IMG/VR virus record: IMGVR_UViG_3300049893_001613
Location: 32,444 to 96,443 of that record
DNA length: 64,000 bases
Strand: one strand, 5' to 3'
Source: a virus
Part shown: positions 32,301 through 41,300 of the stretch, piece by piece
Layout of the letters: each line of letters opens with the position of its first letter
Position numbering within the stretch: position 1 is the stretch's first letter
Position numbers and translations under genes: made by a program
The notes under the pieces: generated by a model
Seen by the model: only the letters and a program-made list of their open reading frames with translations
What the model was told of the DNA's origin: nothing
The model's database searches: none

Positions 32301-35300
32301 ACATACGCTTCTATGACAGCTATTGAAGGAAGTAAACAAACTGGTCGTATTTATACGACACCATTTGAAGACAGAGATGTTGCTGCTCAACAAAAAATAG
32401 ACAAAACTGGGCAATTCGAAGTTGACGATATTAATTATGTAAGATTAAGACCTGAAGACAGAACATCACCTATAGATTTATCAGATGATGCCTGGCCCGG
32501 AGAGCTTGAAGCTGGTTTGGAAGAAGCTGAGCGTAGAAAAGCTGAAGGAACTAAATACTACAAAGGTTCTGAACAAATCAGTGAAGAAGAATACAAAGCT
32601 GCTGCAGAAAAATTTGTCAAAAGCAGAAGAGTAGGACCCTTCTACGCAGCACTTTCTAAAATCAAAGGAGTTAAAATCCAAGGATTAGAAACCCCAGACT
32701 GGTCAAAAGAACCATTACTGAAAGTAAATTTAGAAGAATACAATCCAGTTAATCTGGAGCGTTTCAGAACAGTAACTCCAGACTACAGTAACCTTACAAA
32801 TGATGCTAAAATAGAGGAAATGCTGGCAGAAGAATTCCGTAACTATTGGTTATCAGATGGTAAGATAAAACCTACTGAACCTAAAGTTAAAGGATTCTTT
32901 GCTCGACTAATGAACTTTATTAAGAAGCTTCTTGGTTTCAAAGGACCTATTGAGAAACTATTCTATCAAGTAGCAAACACTCCTCTGTCACAAGAACAAA
33001 GACTGGCAATCCAGAATAAAGCAAAAGGTATGGTTGATCCTCAGGACCCCAAATTCCGTAAGCTTCCTGGATTCAAGTATATAAAGCAACAACAGGAAAC
33101 AATCCAGGCATTCTCTTCTGAAGTTATTAAAGTTGCACATGAACTTTCAAGAAAAGAAGAAGTGTACCTTGGTGATTTCTTAACCAACAAAACTAATATT
33201 CAAAATGTATTCGAAGCAGTCAAGGCAAACTTCCAAGAAGATCTTGAGAGAATTAAGAAACTCACTGAATGGACAAGTGAGGAAGAAGCAAGATACTACA
33301 GCTACCTCGCAGCAGGTATTGGATCTCCACTCGAAGGAGACGATATGTACGTTGGTCAATATGAAGATACTACAACAGTTACTGGATTCCCTGAAGACGG
33401 ATTCAAAAGCAAAGTCCTGAAGGACCTGGCACGTTATGGATTTAAAGTAAAATTATCTGATGGTACTGATTACGAAAATAATCAGGAAGAGGATGAGCAG
33501 ACTGCTGAACTTGAGAACTCAATAGATGAATCAGGAGAAGGAGAATTTCTATATGCTGTAGATAAATCTCTCATTAATCCTTCTAAGTCGATGAGTCAGA
33601 GGATGAAAATGTTCTTAGCTTTAATCCCTGAACCATTAACAAATGAAAAGGGAGAATATGTTGGAGATAAAAAGACTGTATTTGGAACAACCAAATTCCT
33701 TGATTTCAGAAAAGTAGATGGTAACCTGACACTTAAACTACGTGACAGTATTAATCCTTTAACCAGATTAACTAATCTGGCTAAGAATGATCCTATTGCC
33801 CGGGTTGTATTGAATGCTTTAATGGAAGAGAAGAACAAAGGCAACAAGCAGTTGTTCAACGAATTCGTAGCTAAATACAATCGTGATGGTTACTATAAGA
33901 AGACCGTTCTCTACGGTACAAAACTCGTCAATCTTAAACCAAGCGAGATTGATCCTGCTATGCCGAATGTTCGCACTCGCCTGGAATTATTTGCAAAAAC
34001 AATTGATTCTGACCGTGCTTCTTCAGACCGGGTTCTTCACAATAGATGGAGAGAAGAAGGTATTCGTAAAAAAGTTACTGATACTGATGGTACTGTAAAT
34101 CAGACAAAAGCAGATGGCTTATTGAAGCGCTTCAATGACTTTAAAGCTAAGTATGTTGCAGCTCAGAATAAGAAGTCTCCACTGACTTTCGAAGAAACTA
34201 AAGCTGAGTTTGAAAGCTTGCTGGGAGAACTTGGTGTGACTCTTCACCCTAACTTATGGAAAGAGTTTGATGCTATTGTAAATCCTGGTTTAAAGAGAAA
34301 GAAACTAGCTGAGCTATTCTTTGGATTGAGAAGCCGTACTTTAGAGCAATTACTCGAGAATACAGCCAAAGGAAATGATCCTTACGAAGGTTCTACTGTA
34401 CTGACTACGTTATCACGTATGAGCTCAGTATACATGGAAGACTCAAGAGGAGGAGCTTACAGAAATGATTCTGGAAAGCAAGAGAATCCTATTAACTGGC
34501 CTTCAGCTCTCACTGAGTTAATCAATCAGGTTAAGAACAACAACCAGTCTGTATTCGAATACTTTACAGATGATGATTTCTACAAAGGAAATCAATTCTT
34601 AAATGTTGTTAAAGCTAATCCGGATAAGATAGATTTAACGTTTTCATCTGTATCCAAACGAAATAACGAGGATCCTAAAGACTTCGAGAACAGACGTAAG
34701 ATTGATTCTATCATCATGCGTTTGACTACCTTCTATAACAACGGAGGTAACGAAGCTCTAATCTTTACAGGTACTCCTGAAACAAGTACCAAGCAACCAA
34801 TCTTAAGCTTACCTAAGTACAAAGGTACCAAGGATGCAAGAGACTTCCTGTTTACAGTGTTGAAGAATACAATGAACAGTGAAATAACACGTATTCAAAA
34901 GATTAAGGCTTTTGCAGGAGAAGACCCCCTGTTGGCGAATATTAAAAACTATGGTAAAGCAACAAAGTTTGTTTATATACCTGGGCTTAACAGTATTCCT
35001 AACCTCGTAGAATCCCTGGCTAATGGTGAAGTCAGCCCGGAACAGAAAGCTGAAGCGCTAAACTCCGCAAATGCGGAGATTAACCGGTTCATCGATGACC
35101 ACTTCATGAGGTTTAAAAACTGGTTACTGGCTAATGACGTCATTGAGCAAAGTGTTAAAGGTGTAGTTACCAGCAACCGTATCCCTGAAGGATTACTTGA
35201 TAACAGAGAGGTTGAAACCTTCCTGCAGGAATTCTATTTCAATGATCTTGCATGGAGAATGAGTGTATCTCAGGTGTTAATGGGTGATAAAGCCCTCTAC

Positions 35301-38300
35301 TCTGATGATGATAACTACTTCAAGCGTGCTAAACACATTGTAACTCCGGGTATCAAAGGATACTCTGAAACCCCGGTTACCATCTCAATAGGTGTTTATC
35401 CTAAACAGATGAAGATCAATACTCCTGAATACCTCAGTGAATTAGCTAAGTGGGTTGAGGATAAGGGGTTAATTAAAGCTTACGAAGAGATCAACAAGAC
35501 TGATGCACAGTCACTGGCCGACATAGATACATATCGTATCATGGCTGACTCTATTGGACAATGGAGCCCTGACCACGAGCGTGTGTACAAGATTGCGTGG
35601 TCAAAAGGAATCACTATCCGTAAAGCTACAAAAGAACTTGTAAAATTAAATCTGATTACTGAAGAAGAAGGTCGAGACTTGATGAAGACTGCGTCTCGTA
35701 TTCTACTCCAACCGTTGAAACCTTCTCGTGCAAGATACAGAAAGCACAGATTACCAGACGGTAAAGTAATCATTATAAAAGAGTGGTTCAAAGACAGTAT
35801 CACACCTATTACTCCTGAATTAGCTGTAACCCATAAGGGATACGAAGACCTGTTAGCTTACATGAAGACTAATCAGGTTGGAATTATGTCAGCTGAAGAT
35901 ACAGTGAAAGTAGGTCTGTACGGTTCTATCACAGATCTATCTGTTCCTATGGAGCAGTGGCAGAAGAGAACCATATCTTTAGAAGACATTCGCTACCCTC
36001 AGATTCTTCCGGATAAGAAGAAGACTAAAATTAAAGGTACCCAGTTCCATAAACTGGCTTTAGGTAATATCCAAGACAAAGTGAAATATAAAGTAGGTAA
36101 TACTACAATGCTTGGTTCTACTGTCAAAGAGAAATGGAATGAATACTGGCTGGAGAAAATCCAAACTTCTGATAAGAAACTTTGGACCCAGCTTGGGGTA
36201 GGCGAAAACTTTGAGTTATCTGAAGATCCTGCAATCAGAAAAACACAGCTTTACAAATTAAAGCTTGTACTTGAACAGGAATTCTCTTCAAGAGACTTAA
36301 ACGAAAACTATCAGGATGTTCTTGAATTGATCCGGATCGCTAATGATCAGATTGACTTCAAGCTCCCTATATCAATACCAATGTTTGGACAGAAGTTCCA
36401 ATCTATCCTGTCTAACCTATGGAGAAAGAAAATCCTCGCTCAGGACAGCCCTGGATACGCTGCAGTTAACCTTGCAGATTGGGGAACAGGATATGATGAC
36501 GAATTGAAGTTCATCCAGAATGAGAATGGTGAAGTTATTGAAGCTGAGATCGGCCTGCCCCTCGAGAACCTTGGAAAACTAGGGTTAAAGTATGGTGATA
36601 ACGTGCTTCCTAACGGACGTATAGTTTGGGACCGTTTAACTGAAGCTCAGAAACAAGCACTGCAGTTTATTCTGTACCGTATTCCAACATCCAACAAATC
36701 ATCTATGATTCCGGTAAGAGTAGTTAAAATACTACCTTCTAACCTGAACAATGTAGTAATGATTCCTGGTGAACTTACTGTACAACAAAGCTTAGACTTT
36801 GACGTAGATAAGTCACAACTACTTGCAAGAGTACTTACCAAAGACGGCTCTGTAGATAAGGATAATGTCGATACAAAACTATTCGATCTGTACTGGGGTA
36901 TTCTAACAAACCCAGCCCATATTGAAGAGGTCCTTACTCCTCTTGATTCTAAGACTCTGACCATGAAGTTAAATGAGTACAGAAACAAAGGATTAATAGA
37001 CGAGAACAAAGGATCTTCATTTGCAAGCGCTGATGTCGATATCGAAGCTGAACTTAAGAACAAAGACGCAAAAGCTGAAATTGGTATTACTTCTCGTTTC
37101 AATACCGGACATACAATGCTGCAGATGATAAAAGACTTTGTGTCTGTGACGATGGGTATCAATATCAAAGTTGGTAACAAGTACGAGCACTCGAATCTTG
37201 GAGCTATGTATGATGCTAATGGTGAAGTGCTAATCTCACGTAACCTTGCTGAAACACAACAAGCAGCTCTGGATGCAGCTAATACACCGCTACTATCTTA
37301 CTTCAATGTAGTAACTGGTACAATGAGCTCATTCTGTACTATGATCCTTTATGGAATACCTCTTCCTGTAGTAACAGATTTCTTCATGCAACCTGTTATT
37401 GCTGAATGGACTAAATTCTACGAACAAGAGGGTCTTAATGCTGATAAAGCGACCCAAAGACTGTTTGCTGAATATCCTGCAATCAAGAATCAATACAATG
37501 CACTTGAAGAAGGTACCGTTAAAGTTGGTCTTACAGAAGAAGGGCTTTCAGCTTACCTGGGACAAAAAATAGGAACCTCAACCTCACACGATGCACGTGT
37601 GTTGCTGGAGTTCCGTAATATAATGACTATTGCTTCACAATTAAGTAAGGTTAATAACGTGTTATCAATCGATACGTTCAAAGACACTACTGGTATTGAA
37701 GCAATGGAAGGATTAGTACAACAGGTTAATGACGCTATTGACCCTGATAAGCCAGTAGCACTTGACATGCGTATGTTTGAACTTGATGAGACTCCTCCGG
37801 TTGGAAAGCGTTTAGCTGCTTTCTACCAGTATGGTGTAGTCAACTTCCTGAAGTATGCTGGTCAGTTCTTCCCTTCAGCAACAATGCCTTACAGAGCTGT
37901 AAGAACACATTTTGCTGTAAGTATGGGACAAGCTGGTATGACTAACAAAGATTCTATCAAGTCGATCAATCAGTTTACAGACTACTTTAACCTGGAACAC
38001 GATGGATTCCTGTCAAGATCTCTTGAGAATATCCATCCTCAGAAAGCTTCTTACCGTACAAGATGGTCGTTTACAGACCCTAAGAATACCTTATGGATGC
38101 ATATCGACAAGATGATCGATAAGTATCCGTCTCTGAAGAATAACGAGCTCATCCGTAACCTGGAAACCGGTAAGACATACGGTGAAGGTGTACAGATGCT
38201 TGGTATCCGTAATACAGACGGTAATACCAATAAGACTGAAGTGACAAACGGCTGGTACGAGTTATTAACAAGTACCAATGAAGAAATCCGCGGTTTAGGC

Positions 38301-41300
38301 CACGATTTGGTCCGTTTTGCTACGTTTACTACTGGTTTTGAATTCAATCCACGTTCAATGTTTGAACTGATTCCTGTATCTTTCTGGACTGAGTCCGGAG
38401 TAGAAGCAGGTTGGAGAAACATCGTTAAAGCCGGGGAAGCATTGCAGATTGACCGTGATGCAGTTATTCTGAACTACGTTCGTCACCAGTTCAGAACAAT
38501 GAAAAGATTCCCTGAAATCTATGGTAAGTTTACTAAAGAGAAAGGATTCATTTCTGATCTTGTTAAGGAAGCTACCCTTGAACCAGGTACTCAGCATATC
38601 ACTAAATTTGTACTAAGTGATGGTTACTTAACCCGTGGTATACCTCCTCGCTTCATAAGAGCTAAGAACGGAGCTACCGGTGAGTACCACCTATACGAGC
38701 AAAGCCCTGCTAATAACATGGTTTATGCTGAGCTACAGCCAGCTGGTGAACCATATGGATACATAGAAGTATCTGCAGATGGTCGTGCTGAATCACGTCT
38801 GCCTGCGAATAGAAGAACTAAAGCTTCTACTCATCCATGGAGCTCTGGACCAGTTGTGTCTAAAGCATTCCCATTATTTACTGGTACTACTTTAGGTGAG
38901 AATCCTATCATTACTCAGTATCTGCCTGAAGACAAGAACCACGCAGGTACTACCCTTGAGAAGTTAGCAGCTGAGGAGACTGATGTAGATACTAAGAAGA
39001 ACATAGAAGCTCTTTTACGCAACGTTGATAAGATTAACACACCTGTTATCCTTGCACCATTAGGTAACCAGCTAGGGGTGTTCGAAGTGGATACGAGAGG
39101 AATAAGTGTTATCAAGATTAAACCAAATGGTAACGTAGAATCTGAATCACAGATGCGCCATGTGCTTCTTCACGAATTGAACCACGCGTTCTCTGTTGAA
39201 GTATTACTCAACCCGGTTGGAAAAGAACAGGAGAATTTCAGAACAAATGTTGAACGTCTTGCAAAAGAGAACAACATGGATAAGTTTGAATTCCTTGCTG
39301 AACTTGCTTCAAATAAAGACTTCAGAGCTAAACTCAGAAAGAAAGGCTTCTGGGCCCGTGTACTCCGTGCTTTACGTAAATTGTTAGGATTTACTGACCA
39401 GTTCGATAAAGTACTTGATCAGTACTATGATATCCTTGACAATGCGGAAACTCTGCAGGCTATGACTCCTGGAGAATATGCTATGAAAGAGGAGAAACCA
39501 GTAGGAAGAAAGAGAATTGACATTCTTGCTCAAGCCTTAGCTTCTCTTAAATCAAGAGCTAAACTGCTTTCTGATAAAGGTAAACGTACTGAATCCAAGG
39601 AACTACACAACCGTATTAAAGTCTTCAAAGAATTAATGAAGACTAAGAGAAATGAAGCGGTTATTAACTACATCCTGCAGGTAGATGATGAGATCCAGAA
39701 ACTAAAAGGCGCTTTTGCTTTAATGGCTAAGAGCCCTGACAAGGTTGATCCGGATACACTATATTCTATGCGTCAGCAATTAACATCGTACAAGTTACTT
39801 GATGCTTTCGCTGACCAGATCCACCTTAGCCCTACAAGCTTCGTGCCTGAGGGAGGTAACAGTGATATTCTGTTAAAGAACCTTGATGACCTGCGTGCTG
39901 ATGTCCATAAACTGAACAACAACACAAGAAGATTAGCTATCATACGTTTTGCTTCAGTAGCAAAGAAGGCTCTTAATGACCCTACTTTAACCCTGGAGAG
40001 TTTAATAGACAACTTTGATCGTGCTGACCGTGACGTACACTTCATCAACAGATTTGTTGAAACTGGTATGGAAATCAATGACCCAGCTGTAAAGACTGCA
40101 GCTAAACTGTTGATCGACAACCAGGCTGAAGCTTACAGAAAAACCCAGGATGACCTGTACATTACAAGTCCTAAATCTCAGACAGCTACAATAGTTGTAA
40201 AAGAGAAAGGAAAGAACAATAAGTTCAAGTGGACAACCAGAAAGGTTAATTTCACTTCTGTAGGTATGATGAAAGCTTTGTCAGAATATGAAACATGGCT
40301 TAAGAGTAAAGGCAAGAACATCAATAACTTTGTGGATAAGTTTGGACCGGTTATAGACATCGACTCACTTGAACAGAATGCAGATGGTGTACACTTAATC
40401 TCGCCATGGTCTCCAGAAGGACAAAGAATAATGTCTATCCCTGAGAGCTCACCAGACTTCCCATTACGTCAGTTCTATGAAACCTTCGTAATGCAATATC
40501 TAAAGAGCCAGGAGAGTATCCCAGCGTACAGTCACCGTCCTGGACTACGTATCCCAAGCATCCAAAGATCTATGCTTGAAGGATTAAGCCGTGAAGAAGG
40601 AGCTGGTAAGTTTGTACTGCTGAAAGAAGCTGCTATCGACAAGGTACGCCAGCGCTACGATGAGACTGACTTTAAAGCAGTTGATCAGAATGGTAAACCT
40701 CAGGAGTACATTCCTGTAAGATTTATTTCTAAACAGGATGGACAAGAAGGCAGATTATCTACCCGTGAAGTAAGTTTAGACCTTGCTACTACACTACCAC
40801 TATTCATCAACGAGTCATACAAGAGACAAGGATTAGAAGCACTTAATGCTGACCTGGAACTTGGTAAACTTGTGCTTGCTGAAAGAAGAGTAGTTAAAAC
40901 CCGTAACGTAGCAGGCCCTGGATTAACACCATGGTTAAGTAACAAGAAAGAAGGTATTCCTCTAGCTTCAGGAGAATTTGATACTATCCCGGGTGAACAG
41001 TCGAACTCTTACCAGACCTATGATTCTCTTCTAAAGAGATTCATGTATGGTGAAGTTAAGAAGAACGAGCTTGATGTTGAATTAGGTGGTAATAAGTTCA
41101 GTGGTGCCAAGATGATCGACACCCTGCTACAAGCCACTGGTATCAAAATCATGTTTGCTAACGTAGCTATCCCACTCACCAACTTAATTATGGGTGAAGT
41201 ATCCATGATCAAGGAGATTGTTGGGGGAAATGTGATTAACAGAAAAGATTATTCTGCAGGTATGTCCTTCTTCAAGAAAATAGCATTACCTTCACTGGCT

